From positions 15,826 through 79,825 of the forward strand of contig CAMTYL010000003.1 of NCBI GenBank assembly GCA_947085985.1: a DNA stretch of 64,000 nucleotides. The letters are read 5' to 3'. The stretch's first letter is position 1; every line of letters begins with the position of its first letter. Source of the DNA: an uncultured bacterium (GTDB taxonomy: Bacteria > Patescibacteriota > Minisyncoccia > Phycocordibacterales > Phycocordibacteraceae). Position numbers and translations under genes: made by a program. Of the stretch, positions 46,363 to 56,538 are shown in pieces. Below the pieces are notes generated by a model that had not been told where the DNA came from, did not search any database, and saw only the letters and a program-made list of their open reading frames with translations.

Positions 46363-49233
46363 TCAGTGAGCGAATAGGAAGCTACCAATTCGTATAATGA
46401 AATGATACACCCCAGCAAGCAAAGAAATAAAGATATACTTTACTTCGTAAAAAGTTAAGAGCGGAGAGGCGAGCTGAGACTTGTTTCCTTTCTGATTTTC
46501 ATCTGTGGCTCGAGTAGCCACAACAGGTGCCCCTTGAGTTGCTTCTGCTGTCTGAGCAATCTTCTTGGTTAGTTGCGGTGCACTTAGTATGCCGGGTAAG
46601 CCAAGTAGGGGTACAGCATTAACACCAATGGTCTCAGTAATAGGAGGTGGAAGCGTCCTGCTTCTGCTACTTCCTCCTGAGCTTGTGGCTACCGTAACAG
46701 CCTTGACGGGCGTTTGATAAAAACTAATAGAATTCTGCGAGACTGGCAGTACAAAATCAGCGGCCCCGTTTCCATCCGAATCCACGGAAAGGCTCGAGGC
46801 GGTTGCGAGAGATTCACCGATAGTGATTCTAGCAATGGTGCCCGCTTGTGTTGGGACGCCAGCAAGAGTGGTGCTGGCTACGATTGACCCACCAAAAACT
46901 TCCTGAATATCGAGCGAGAATGTTCCGGTAGAAACGCCGTTCATTTCTACCCTGTATTCTGGCCCAGCAGGAACGATCACGTACTGCACCTCCCCAAACT
47001 GCCCGTACACAGAGCCGGGAATGGTTTGCTCAGAACCTCCACTCGCTGTTGGTCCTGTATGGTTTCCTGAAGTGTCATACAGATTCAGAGTGAGGGGTGA
47101 GTGGAGCATGAACCGCAAAAGTTTATTTGGAGTACTGCTCGTGGGTTGCTCAGTGTATACATTCTTGGGTACGTTAGAATCCCCGCCGAGTATGGCTTCA
47201 AGAAGATCTTGCAATTCTTTTACAGCAAGGATGCTTCCGTGGTCCTTATTAATCGGGCCAAATTCATAAGGAATTAAGTCCAACCAGTATTTCCGTACAT
47301 TTTCAGTGGAAGTGCTAATCATGAGGGCACTTGCAATTGGAACCACCCCATCACCATCCTGAACAAACGTGGGACGGTACTCTTTCTTGCATACTGAAAG
47401 AATGCATAGTTCATAGAATTCAATCCCAGAGACCGTGTCTAAACCCCACCCTCCCACTTGGTACAGCGTAACTCCTGCAGGAGGTACCCACGCATCAAGA
47501 GAGTCATGCGTTCTTTTTGCGTACGTAAGCAAAAGGTCGTTCAGAACATTTGGTTTAAAAAACAACACAGCTTCAGGCTTAACGCGCCCATTGTCTTCAG
47601 CGAGTGAAAACGCACGAAGCTCGTCCCATGTGTCTATTACATTGCCGTACTTAGCACGCTCCTCCGCATATGTGCTCGCTGCAGTAAATCGGACAACAGC
47701 GCGTTCCTGGTCAAGAAGGTCATCGAAGTATCGCTGCGAGGGTAGTAGGTGGTATCCCATGGGGGAGTTCTCGGCGAACATGCGAGCAGTCGAAACATGA
47801 ACAACAAATGGGAACCAGGAGGGGAGCGACTCTTTGTACCCAAATAGGAGTGCTCCCAATGCCTGAGGCGCGCCGCTCTGCGGAACGCCGACAAATATCA
47901 CCTTATCAATGAGTCTGGCAGTTTCCGCATCTCCAAGCTTCATTAGTAGCTTCTTTGCTACGAGTCCGCCGTTGCTGTGTGCAATTATAGTGACCTTATG
48001 TGTTGGCGAGCTTGACGCAAGTTCGAGCAAATTCAGTTCAAGGTAGGGAACATTCGCCGTTTCCTCAAAGTAAATGTTTCCCTCTCGCACTGCTCCTTTG
48101 TTGACGATATCGTCGAGTGAGAGACGCCAGTCATATGATGCAATACGCCATTCTTTTATCATCTCGGTAGACTGAAGCTCGTTCATTGAGCGTATAAAGG
48201 AACCATAGATTTCAGAGAAACCGGCGATCCTTTCTATGATGTCTCCTGACTTTGTGTGTATGCCAGGATTGGCACTCACTCCTGCAGAAGTAAGAAAGAG
48301 TTTCTCCACATCTTGGTCACTTCCAGGCTCCCATACTTTATTACCGACGGCGTCGTACAACCGGCTGCCTTTGATACCGGGGAGGAAGAGGACGTTGGAG
48401 ACTTGCGGCGTAGTGGTCGCAACACCGGGGGTTGTTGTTGCGGTGGTGGTAGCAAACCCGCCCGAGCAACCATCAACGCCACAAAGCTGGAATGCGAATC
48501 CGCCAGGAAGTGGATTTTCGTACGTACCTGTGAGCGACGTGCCAGGGTTGTTGCTTGAGCCCGCGACACTCATGTAGTTTGCGCCTAGGAATACCGCACC
48601 AAGGGCCGTTCCGGGTGGAATACCTTCGCCGTAGAAAACGAAGTCGCAATACTCACCAACGGTGCGCGTTGCGTACGGATTCGTATCGAAACTTGAAGCG
48701 AAGTCAGGTGTAAAAACAGAAAGGCCATATGTTCCGCCCCAACTAAGATTGCTACATGTTGTGTCAGCTCCTGCACGCTTTACTCGAGCAACGGTAGTGG
48801 TGCCAGTGGTAGTCCAGAATCCCTCAGGCGAAACGGTTGGCGGGTTACCAATCTCTGTGTAGCCACCTGGAAAGTATGCATAGTTTCCAGGTGGGTAATA
48901 GACACCAATGCCCCAAACTTCGTCCGCGAGCGAATTATCAAACAGCACGCCCGTAGGAAGTAGTGCTGGCTCATCTGAACTTAAACGTACTACTGGCTCC
49001 TCTGGAGTGCTGGTAGCGACGGTTTCTGCGGGAAGGAGAGCCTCTGACGAGCTACTCGCCAGAGGCTCGTCTGCTGGAGCTGGTTCCTCGGGCGTCGTAG
49101 TCTCTTCGTTAATACCTTCAAGTGCTGCGATAGCGTTCTCGTAAGCGTACGAGTAGGGGATAGAAAGGGGCGCGTAAAAGACGCCCGCGATAAGGAGGGT
49201 GGAAGTAAGTGCCCTCAGCACCTTCGTCCCCAT
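46363..49233 (-). CDS. Secreted alpha/beta-hydrolase (LCAT/phospholipase-like), multi-domain
   Basis: Signal peptide; VLFLPGIKGSRL, YDWRL, IAHSNGG nucleophile elbow, GDGVVP, H; hydrophobic C-terminus. Confidence 0.85.
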   Translation of the reverse strand: MGTKVLRALTSTLLIAGVFYAPLSIPYSYAYENAIAALEGINEETTTPEEPAPADEPLASSSSEALLPAETVATSTPEEPVVRLSSDEPALLPTGVLFDNSLADEVWGIGVYYPPGNYAYFPGGYTEIGNPPTVSPEGFWTTTGTTTVARVKRAGADTTCSNLSWGGTYGLSVFTPDFASSFDTNPYATRTVGEYCDFVFYGEGIPPGTALGAVFLGANYMSVAGSSNNPGTSLTGTYENPLPGGFAFQLCGVDGCSGGFATTTATTTPGVATTTPQVSNVLFLPGIKGSRLYDAVGNKVWEPGSDQDVEKLFLTSAGVSANPGIHTKSGDIIERIAGFSEIYGSFIRSMNELQSTEMIKEWRIASYDWRLSLDDIVNKGAVREGNIYFEETANVPYLELNLLELASSSPTHKVTIIAHSNGGLVAKKLLMKLGDAETARLIDKVIFVGVPQSGAPQALGALLFGYKESLPSWFPFVVHVSTARMFAENSPMGYHLLPSQRYFDDLLDQERAVVRFTAASTYAEERAKYGNVIDTWDELRAFSLAEDNGRVKPEAVLFFKPNVLNDLLLTYAKRTHDSLDAWVPPAGVTLYQVGGWGLDTVSGIEFYELCILSVCKKEYRPTFVQDGDGVVPIASALMISTSTENVRKYWLDLIPYEFGPINKDHGSILAVKELQDLLEAILGGDSNVPKNVYTEQPTSSTPNKLLRFMLHSPLTLNLYDTSGNHTGPTASGGSEQTIPGSVYGQFGEVQYVIVPAGPEYRVEMNGVSTGTFSLDIQEVFGGSIVASTTLAGVPTQAGTIARITIGESLATASSLSVDSDGNGAADFVLPVSQNSISFYQTPVKAVTVATSSGGSSRSRTLPPPITETIGVNAVPLLGLPGILSAPQLTKKIAQTAEATQGAPVVATRATDENQKGNKSQLASPLLTFYEVKYIFISLLAGVYHFIIRIGSFLFAH

Positions 49234-49276
49234 ATGCCCGCAGGATACCACACAATTCTGTGGCTATAATGCTAGT

Positions 49277-49546
49277 ATGGAAGAACACATCGGGGAGACT
49301 ATTGAGCGAATGCTGGACCGCAACGCGCGGGTGGAGGCGGATAAAGCCTGGGAGCAAAGCTACACCCGCATCGGCACTATCGCACTTATCACGTACGCTT
49401 CTGTGGCGCTCGTGCTCTATATCATCGGGGTGGAGAACTGGTATATTTCTGCGCTCGTGCCCGTCATTGGCTACCTACTTTCTACACTCTCGCTCCCATT
49501 TATTAAGAGCTGGTGGATTGCGAAGTATCGCGCGAAGGGCGACTAA
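49277..49546 (+). CDS. Small 2-TM conserved-type hypothetical protein
   Basis: RNARVEADKAWEQS.TR followed by two TMs; -10 TATAAT 6 nt before ATG. Confidence 0.75.
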   Translation: MEEHIGETIERMLDRNARVEADKAWEQSYTRIGTIALITYASVALVLYIIGVENWYISALVPVIGYLLSTLSLPFIKSWWIAKYRAKGD

Positions 49547-50589
49547 GCTTCCGCTGTCTTTTTATTGCTGTATACGGTGAATACCGCAAAAAGGAAACTG
49601 ATGGTGAGTGGTCCTAGGAATATTCCTACGGGACCATAGAGCGCAATTCCGCCAAGTACAGAGAGCAAAATAACGAGCGGGTGCAGCATGGCGCCTTTGC
49701 CCATAAGGCGGGGGGCTAGGAAGTTATCAATGAGCCCCACGAGGAACACACTCCAGAGAAGCATGCCAACGGCCTGCCAGAGACTGCCAGTAATGAAGAG
49801 GTATATGATTGCAGGACCAAGTACGAGGGAGGTTCCCACGCCTGGAATGAGTGCCGCCACCGCGGTGCTGACTCCCCAGAGTGCTGCGTTTGGTACGCCA
49901 AAGATAAGGAAGCCGACGCCCGCAAGCGCTCCTTGGATACACGCAATAGCGAGGGAACCCTTTACTACCGACGAAATGGTGCGCTTCAGTTGATTCAAAA
50001 TAGTTGCAGCGTCGTCATCATGGAGCGGACTCTTCTTGATAAGAACCTTCTCTAACTTCATGCCTTCCTTTAGGAAGTAGTACAGCGCCATCATAAAGAT
50101 AAGCACGCGAAGGAATATGCCCAGTACGCTTGCGAACGCCGTTCCCACGTGACTCACGAGCCACTCAAGCGCTCCGGTGACATACACATTTATCTCCTGC
50201 GATATGGTGAACGCGTATGCAGCGGCGCCAGGCACATAGGGCTCTAGCCATGCGCCAATGCTCACCGTCACCTGTTCTGCAGACGTACTACCAGTCCCAC
50301 TTGCAAGCGACTGGTATGCTTGGCCTGCCTCGTTTACTACCATGGTGCCAATGACACTAACGGGAACAAGAAGCATCAAGGAGCCGAGAATGAGTGCAGT
50401 GAACGCGGCAAGGCCGTCACTGTTAAATAGAGGCTTCTGCAGCCTTTTGAACAATGGGTACAGAACCACCGCGAAAATGGCAGCAAGTGCGATAGTGTTT
50501 AGAAATGGCGCCATCACCATAAACGACAGCACGAGTCCCCCAATAAGAAGGGCGAGCAAGAAATGAGCGCGATCTTTTGACGTTTCCAT
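49543..50589 (-). CDS. AI-2E (UPF0118) family transporter
   Basis: LIPGVGT, IDNFLAPRLMG, LHPL, GIFLGP. Confidence 0.92.
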   Translation of the reverse strand: METSKDRAHFLLALLIGGLVLSFMVMAPFLNTIALAAIFAVVLYPLFKRLQKPLFNSDGLAAFTALILGSLMLLVPVSVIGTMVVNEAGQAYQSLASGTGSTSAEQVTVSIGAWLEPYVPGAAAYAFTISQEINVYVTGALEWLVSHVGTAFASVLGIFLRVLIFMMALYYFLKEGMKLEKVLIKKSPLHDDDAATILNQLKRTISSVVKGSLAIACIQGALAGVGFLIFGVPNAALWGVSTAVAALIPGVGTSLVLGPAIIYLFITGSLWQAVGMLLWSVFLVGLIDNFLAPRLMGKGAMLHPLVILLSVLGGIALYGPVGIFLGPLTISFLFAVFTVYSNKKTAEA

Positions 50590-50646
50590 ATGCCCACAGT
50601 ATACGCGCTTTCTTCTGCTGTGGGGAATAGCGTAGAGTAGGAGAAC

Positions 50647-51201
50647 ATGCCCGAGTACGAGCTTAGAGAATCCTCCCGTGCCAAGTACGTGCGCATACAG
50701 GTGGACGCGAATGGGGAGGTAGTGGTGACCAAGCCAAAGCGTGCGAGCATGCGCTCCGTGGAGCAATTTGTACAGGCGCGAGCCGCGTGGATAGAAGAGG
50801 CGAAGCGAAAGGCGAGTAAGCGCCGAGGTGGTCTGCCCCTCATTCCGCTACCTCGCCCACGCAAGGGCTCGCGCGCGTATACGGAAGCGCGCCGGCAAGC
50901 GCGCGAGGTTGTACTCTCACGTCTTGAATTTTTTAATAAAGAATTTACTACCATATATGGTAGTGTTTCCATCCGTGATCAAAAGACGAGGTGGGGAAGT
51001 TGCTCGCACAGGAACAACCTCTCTTTCAATTACCGCATCGCGTTCCTCCCCAACGAGCTTGCCGACTACATAATCGTGCACGAGCTCTGCCACACTATTG
51101 AACACAATCATTCGCCGCGCTTCTGGGCACAAGTAGCGCGAGCACTCCCAAATCACGAAGCACTTCGAAAAGAAATCCGAACGCGGTACCAGCTTGGCTA
51201 A
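50647..51201 (+). CDS. YgjP/DUF45 (SprT-like) metal-dependent hydrolase
   Basis: KTRWGSCS, YIIVHELCH, NHSPRFW. Confidence 0.9.
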   Translation: MPEYELRESSRAKYVRIQVDANGEVVVTKPKRASMRSVEQFVQARAAWIEEAKRKASKRRGGLPLIPLPRPRKGSRAYTEARRQAREVVLSRLEFFNKEFTTIYGSVSIRDQKTRWGSCSHRNNLSFNYRIAFLPNELADYIIVHELCHTIEHNHSPRFWAQVARALPNHEALRKEIRTRYQLG

Positions 51202-51332
51202 CAATGAAACATAGCGATGCATCGCGTGCTTTGAATTCAAAAATGTGACTACGTTAGACAATTTTTCTTTTTACGATATAGTTGCCCGAGCTGTTCTTGG
51301 CCCATATCGGGTCGTCATTATGGGGGACTACC

Positions 51333-51851
51333 ATGCTGCACGCTCAAGCAGTTGCTACGCTTCCTCGCCTTATTCCGCCGCTTGATGGAAAGGTGGTGGA
51401 GATGAAGGTTGGGCTTCAAGCCTTCGGGTAGTGGGGCTCTTCTATCAAGGCGGGGGCACCAAACACTGCGGTGGAGAGCAGGGTCTGGGGAATTGGCCAT
51501 CAATTTGTCGCTCCTCAGCCCAGTGTTCGGACCCGGCACTTCGTTCTCATGTGGGCGGGGCCGAATTCCAAGAACTCCGCGCATGATGGCATTGCGTGGG
51601 GAGATCTGTTCGGTCTTGCGCGGGTTGGCGCATATGACTTGCTCGCTTTGTCGGCGGTGTTCCCACGCCTCTACACACGCTTTGGTCTGCACGGGGCGGG
51701 GCTCGTTTCCAGCGAGCTTTACACGCTGGAGGACGAGCCGCACGTGTGCGGGCTGTGGCAATCAGCTCGAGAGGGAAACCGATTCGTGAGCGCTATCCAA
51801 TACCAAAAGCGCTTCTTGGACAGGACCATCTTTGTGTTCGCTCGGGAGTAA
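51333..51851 (+). pseudogene. Orphan cassette ORF interrupted by in-frame TAG (51429-51431)
   Basis: SD GGGGG, ATG 51333 in frame with the 51471-51851 ORF; own terminator atgggcccggc..gccgggcccat. Confidence 0.6.
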
Positions 51852-51905
51852 ATCAAGAAATGGGCCCGGCCGCGTTTACGCGCGCCGGGCCCATCTTTCA
51901 TGCCA

Positions 51906-52139
51906 CTACGCTTTCTTTACAAATTCAGTACGCAGCACCAGGCCACGGATTCCTTCTACCTGTGCTTCAATCTCTTCGGGATTGTCGGTAAGGCGAATGT
52001 TCTTTGCCTTGCTGCCTTTCTTCAGCGTCGCTCCCGCGCCCTTCACCTTTAGGTCCTTAATTAAAATAACCTCGTCACCGTTTTCAAGCTCGTGCCCAAA
52101 AGCGTCGCGGGTTGGCTCCTCTATTTCTATATCTTCCAT
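51906..52139 (-). CDS. PhnA/YjdM C-terminal-domain protein
   Basis: DAFG..L.NGDEV.LIKDLKVKG...LK.G.K.KNIRL..LRTEFVKK. Confidence 0.88.
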   Translation of the reverse strand: MEDIEIEEPTRDAFGHELENGDEVILIKDLKVKGAGATLKKGSKAKNIRLTDNPEEIEAQVEGIRGLVLRTEFVKKA

Positions 52140-52178
52140 ATGTGCGCAGTATAACCCTAAATCGGGTAAACTATAGGC

Positions 52179-55010
52179 ATGAACGACTCGGTGGCATACC
52201 TGGAGGGGTACAAGAAGCTGAACGAAGCGCAGAAGCTTGCGGTGGATACGGTGGAGGGACCGGTCCTTGTGGTGGCGGGCCCAGGCACCGGTAAGACGCA
52301 CATCCTCACGCTGCGCATCGCAAACATTCTGCGCCAGACGCAAGCAACGCCCACCAACATCTTGGTGCTTACCTTTACTGAGTCGGCTGCGCGTACGGTG
52401 CGTGCGCGCCTTGCAGGACTTGTGGGCGACACGGTTGCGCGTGACGTTGGCATCTACACTTTCCATGGATTTTGTGATTACGTGCTCAAGAATTGGGCAG
52501 ACTATTTCCCATCGTGGAATACGAAGCGCCTGGCCGGCGACGTTGAGGCAGCGCTGTTGTGGCGCGAAGTGATTGAACACGCGCAGGTGGTGCACCTGCG
52601 TCCACCGAAGTCTCCGTTTATGTACCTGCACGAGCTTTCGCGTCTATACGGCGACCTAACGCGTGAGCGTGTGACCCTTTCTCAGTACCTGGCGTGGGCG
52701 CGCGAGGAGGAGGACCGCATCAAGGCGGACGAGAGCAACTACTACACCCGCGATAGTAAGTACGGTAAGAAGGGAGACTTCAAACCAGATGGCACCAAGA
52801 AGTTGGAGCGTCTTGAGAAAGTGTACGAGGCTGTCGCACTGTTTGAGGCGTACGAGGAACGCAAAGACCGCGAGGGTGTGTACGACTTTAACGACGTGCT
52901 GCGTGGTGTCGTGGACGCACTCCAAACTGACGAAGCACTGTGTGCTGCACTGCAGGAGCAGTATCAGTATGTGCTCGCTGACGAGCATCAGGACGCCAAC
53001 GCATACCAGCACGCACTCCTCGATAGTTTCGCTTTTGACGAGCACCCGAACCTGTTTGTGGTGGGGGATGAGAAGCAGGCAATCTACCGATTCCAGGGGG
53101 CCGACTCCACCCATTTCAGTGAGTTTATGGAGAAGTACCCGCGGGCGACCCTGGTGACGCTGACCGAGAGTTTCCGGTCTCTTTCGGGCATTCTGGAAGC
53201 GGCCCACAATGCCGCTCTAGGCCATATTCCAGCCTCCCACGGGGCGCACAAGCCACTCTCGGCTACCAGAGCGGGCGACGCGAAAATCGCCCTTCTGGCA
53301 GCCCCTGACCCGCTCGCTGAGCGCGACCAGGTATCAGGGCTGGTAGAGCAGCTGCTTGCTGACGGGGTCGCTCCGCACGAGATTGCGGTGATAGCCGCGC
53401 GCAACAGCACCGTCTCGCTGTTTGCTACACACCTGGCTGGCCGTGGGATTGCCACCCTTCGCGCGGGCAATATTTCTCTGTCTTCGCGCCCGCTTATTCG
53501 TTCGCTGTTGTCGCTCATGCGCGCAAGCGCTAATCCGCTTGATACGGCCGCACTGCGTGAAGCAGTGCTCGCACCGTGGTGGGAAGCTGGTCTTTCCGAG
53601 CGCTCTGCATTCTTGCTTCGCACGCGCGACAAGGATTTACAAAGCGCACTCTTGGAACAGTTCCCAAAGATTGGCGAGGTGGTGAAAGATCTGCAAGGCT
53701 ATGCGCAGACTGAAGGCCCGCTCCCAGTATTTTCTCGACTCTTGGTATCCTCGGGAGCACGCGCATTTCTACTTTCGCATGCAAACCATCTTGAAGATGT
53801 AGCGCTCGTGCGCAGACTCTATGAATACTTGGAAGAAATTGTTGCACGCGACCAGAACATCTCGTTCGCTGATGCCGTACTTGCGTTGACCCGTGCACGC
53901 GAGCACGGGCTTGAATGGGTGAAGTCGTCTGCGACAACTAAGGAAGGATGTGTGACGGTCATCACTGCACACAAAGCAAAGGGTATGGAGTTTGAGCACG
54001 TGTTCATTGTGGGACTTACTGAGAATGAATGGGAGAAGGGAAAGATGCCCGCAAAAATTCCATCGCCCGTAGACATGAGCAAGAATGTGGAAGACGCTGC
54101 AAAACAATTCTATGTAGCGCTCACGCGCGCAAAGAATGCAGTGGTACTCTCCTACGCAGCAGAGACGCTTGAGGGTCGCGAGCGAAAGCCGTCGGTGTTT
54201 ATCCCCGCAGGACTTTCAGTTTTGGCTCCTGCTTTTGACCCGCTCCCCGTCCTTCACACGGATGTGCAGGCGCCGGAGCTTATCGTGCGACTCACCCGCG
54301 AGTACCTTTCTGGCGAAGGGCTCTCACCATCAGCACTTGCTGATTATCTAGAATCTCCGGCTACATTTTTTGCTAGGCGCGTGCTCCACCTCAAAGAACC
54401 AGAGCAGGCGCGCATGCTCATCGGTACTGCAGTGCACGCAGGTATCGCAGCGCTGATGGCAGAGAATGGAACGGAGGACGCCGCCTACGCAGCACTTGCA
54501 GCAACCATGCACCGCTCGCTCATGCCGCGCACCAGCGCGTTTGACCAAGCGGGGGAGGACGCTCGCGCGCGTCTCGCCTCCTATATAGAAGTGCGTTCGC
54601 AATTTGGCACGGCAACTGCTATTGAAAAGACGTACCGCGCCGTGCGTACGGTATCTGGCGAGGAGGTGCACCTTTCCGGAAAGTTAGACGCGGTGCTTGA
54701 ACGCGATGGACGCAAGACCATCGTGGACTTCAAGACATCGTCAACCGTGAAAGAAGAGGACCCAAAGTTTGCGCTACAGCTTGCGTTCTATGACTATCTC
54801 CTGCGCGAGAACAGTGAGACGCCGCACGGCGTATCTATCATCCAGGTACGTGTGGACGGTGTGGACGAAGTACCTATCTTGCTCTCGCCAGAAGTGCACA
54901 CCCAATTTGAGGCAGACCTAGACGCAGCACTCGCAGAGATGCTCTCCGGGCAATGGCGCCCCGCCAAAGAAGCGAGTGAGTACGACGATCTATTGGCGCT
55001 CTTTGCATAG
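52179..55010 (+). CDS. UvrD/PcrA-like SF1 helicase with C-terminal PD-(D/E)xK nuclease (AdnAB-like)
   Basis: AGPGTGKT, LTFT, DEHQD, VGDEKQAIYRFQGA, TAHKAKGMEF, YVALTRA; GKLD..IVDFKT. Confidence 0.93.
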   Translation: MNDSVAYLEGYKKLNEAQKLAVDTVEGPVLVVAGPGTGKTHILTLRIANILRQTQATPTNILVLTFTESAARTVRARLAGLVGDTVARDVGIYTFHGFCDYVLKNWADYFPSWNTKRLAGDVEAALLWREVIEHAQVVHLRPPKSPFMYLHELSRLYGDLTRERVTLSQYLAWAREEEDRIKADESNYYTRDSKYGKKGDFKPDGTKKLERLEKVYEAVALFEAYEERKDREGVYDFNDVLRGVVDALQTDEALCAALQEQYQYVLADEHQDANAYQHALLDSFAFDEHPNLFVVGDEKQAIYRFQGADSTHFSEFMEKYPRATLVTLTESFRSLSGILEAAHNAALGHIPASHGAHKPLSATRAGDAKIALLAAPDPLAERDQVSGLVEQLLADGVAPHEIAVIAARNSTVSLFATHLAGRGIATLRAGNISLSSRPLIRSLLSLMRASANPLDTAALREAVLAPWWEAGLSERSAFLLRTRDKDLQSALLEQFPKIGEVVKDLQGYAQTEGPLPVFSRLLVSSGARAFLLSHANHLEDVALVRRLYEYLEEIVARDQNISFADAVLALTRAREHGLEWVKSSATTKEGCVTVITAHKAKGMEFEHVFIVGLTENEWEKGKMPAKIPSPVDMSKNVEDAAKQFYVALTRAKNAVVLSYAAETLEGRERKPSVFIPAGLSVLAPAFDPLPVLHTDVQAPELIVRLTREYLSGEGLSPSALADYLESPATFFARRVLHLKEPEQARMLIGTAVHAGIAALMAENGTEDAAYAALAATMHRSLMPRTSAFDQAGEDARARLASYIEVRSQFGTATAIEKTYRAVRTVSGEEVHLSGKLDAVLERDGRKTIVDFKTSSTVKEEDPKFALQLAFYDYLLRENSETPHGVSIIQVRVDGVDEVPILLSPEVHTQFEADLDAALAEMLSGQWRPAKEASEYDDLLALFA

Positions 55011-55051
55011 CAAAAAGGAAAACCCGCGTCACCGCGGGTTTTCCTTTTGCA
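55011..55051. terminator. Bidirectional terminator
   Basis: aaaaggaaaacccgcg-tcac-cgcgggttttcctttt. Confidence 0.85.
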
Positions 55052-55060
55052 AAATAGAAA

Positions 55061-55222
55061 CTATGCTGCCTCTTTCCACTCCTGGTTGTTCTCTGCGATT
55101 GCACCTGCAACCTGATCGGGAGATTCTGCGCGAATCACCTCACCAGTCGTTGGATTCTGCATTACTACTGGCTCTACTCCTTCACGTTTCTCATTCGGGA
55201 GCCTCTTTTTAAACCATTCCAT
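55061..55222 (-). CDS. 53-aa hypothetical protein
   Basis: MEWFKKRLPNEKREG..; ends at the terminator. Confidence 0.5.
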   Translation of the reverse strand: MEWFKKRLPNEKREGVEPVVMQNPTTGEVIRAESPDQVAGAIAENNQEWKEAA

Positions 55223-55283
55223 AGATATTCTGCTTACGCTGCTAATACTCTCTAATTGTACCACTGCGTGCCAGTCGTCAAGA

Positions 55284-55982
55284 CTATGCCCCTGCGCGGC
55301 GGATGGCTTCTTCAAGCACTTTCTTCATACTGGTGTAGGGGAGCGCGCCATCAATAGTGATAGGTTCCTTCCCTTTGGTGAGCAGGATGACGTAGGGCGC
55401 TCCTGTTGCTCCTGCAAGCATCGCGTTTTGATAGTCGTCCTGAACACGCTGCTCAAAGGTGCCGCGCGATACGCACTGATTAAACACATCCGTTGGAACG
55501 TTGAGGCCTCGGGTGATGGTCTCATAGTCGCGCGGGTTGAACTGATTGCTGCCTGGCGCCTGTGCCGCTATCCCGTTGATGAAGCCCCAGAATGCCTCTG
55601 GTCCGGCGATAGAAGTGACACACTCGGATGCGGAAGCGTGCATGGCAGAGTTAGGGTGCAGCGCCACGATAGGAAGATGACGGAATACCCACGCCACTTC
55701 GCCACTGTCAGCGTACTCGGTCATAATCTGCTGCATTATGGCGTTGAACTTTTTAGTGTATTCCGAATCAATGTCACCATACTCAACTACCATGACGGTG
55801 GCCGTTGGGTTACCCATAATATGATCCAGCGGAGTTACTGGGCGAACTACAGACGGGTTGCCGGTCGCCTTTTCAACTTCTGAGTGTACGCGCACGTAAT
55901 AGAGTGCTACGGCAATGATAACTCCAGCTGCAATGATAGCGACGGGGAGTACCCATGGCGGCGTAGATTTGAGTTGATCCAT
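55284..55982 (-). CDS. DsbA/BdbD-like thioredoxin-fold protein lacking CxxC
   Basis: N-term TM, DHIMGNP.A.V.VVEYGD-IDSEYT, FRHLP, GAP; CxxC replaced by SEYT. Confidence 0.8.
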   Translation of the reverse strand: MDQLKSTPPWVLPVAIIAAGVIIAVALYYVRVHSEVEKATGNPSVVRPVTPLDHIMGNPTATVMVVEYGDIDSEYTKKFNAIMQQIMTEYADSGEVAWVFRHLPIVALHPNSAMHASASECVTSIAGPEAFWGFINGIAAQAPGSNQFNPRDYETITRGLNVPTDVFNQCVSRGTFEQRVQDDYQNAMLAGATGAPYVILLTKGKEPITIDGALPYTSMKKVLEEAIRRAGA

Positions 55983-56077
55983 ACAAAAAAATAATAGCAC
56001 GCAGAATCTGCGTGCAAGGTAAAAAGAGTGCGCGGACCCCGAGTGAACGGGGACCGCGCTGAGACGACGTTACGGGT

Positions 56078-56461
56078 CTACGCCGCTGTTTGCTGTAGAC
56101 GCAGGCCGCGTCGCTCGCGACGAAGAACCGTACCGTAGTGGTTCTCAATCCGGACCCGGGTAATCCCCGAGGCAGACACAAGAAGTGTCTGCAGGTTGTT
56201 CAGGAACTCTTCGCGCATGGCGTCGTCCTCACGCTCGCGTTGCTCCACCCACTCCTTGTTAGAGTTCTTGGGCGGAGCGAACACAATGCATACGAGGACA
56301 TTGTTGTCCCGTGCAGAGCGCTCAGTGACAGAAGCGTGGATGCGTGGAGTGCCGTCCTCCGGTGCGCCTGGCCATGTACCCTTGAATTCCTGTAGGGCTT
56401 CAAGGGTCTGTTGCCGTGCTGCCTTCGGCGCAAGCGTGTAGAAGAAAAGATCATAGCGCAT
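56078..56461 (-). CDS. Orphan 127-aa protein
   Basis: SD GGGAGG; TTGCAC-17-TACGCT; hairpin after stop. Confidence 0.7.
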   Translation of the reverse strand: MRYDLFFYTLAPKAARQQTLEALQEFKGTWPGAPEDGTPRIHASVTERSARDNNVLVCIVFAPPKNSNKEWVEQREREDDAMREEFLNNLQTLLVSASGITRVRIENHYGTVLRRERRGLRLQQTAA

Positions 56462-56538
56462 GAGCGCCTCCCATGGTTTTGGCCAGCCTCTCGCTAACCT
56501 ATGAACGTGAGCGTACGCCTAATTACAGCCTAGTGCAA

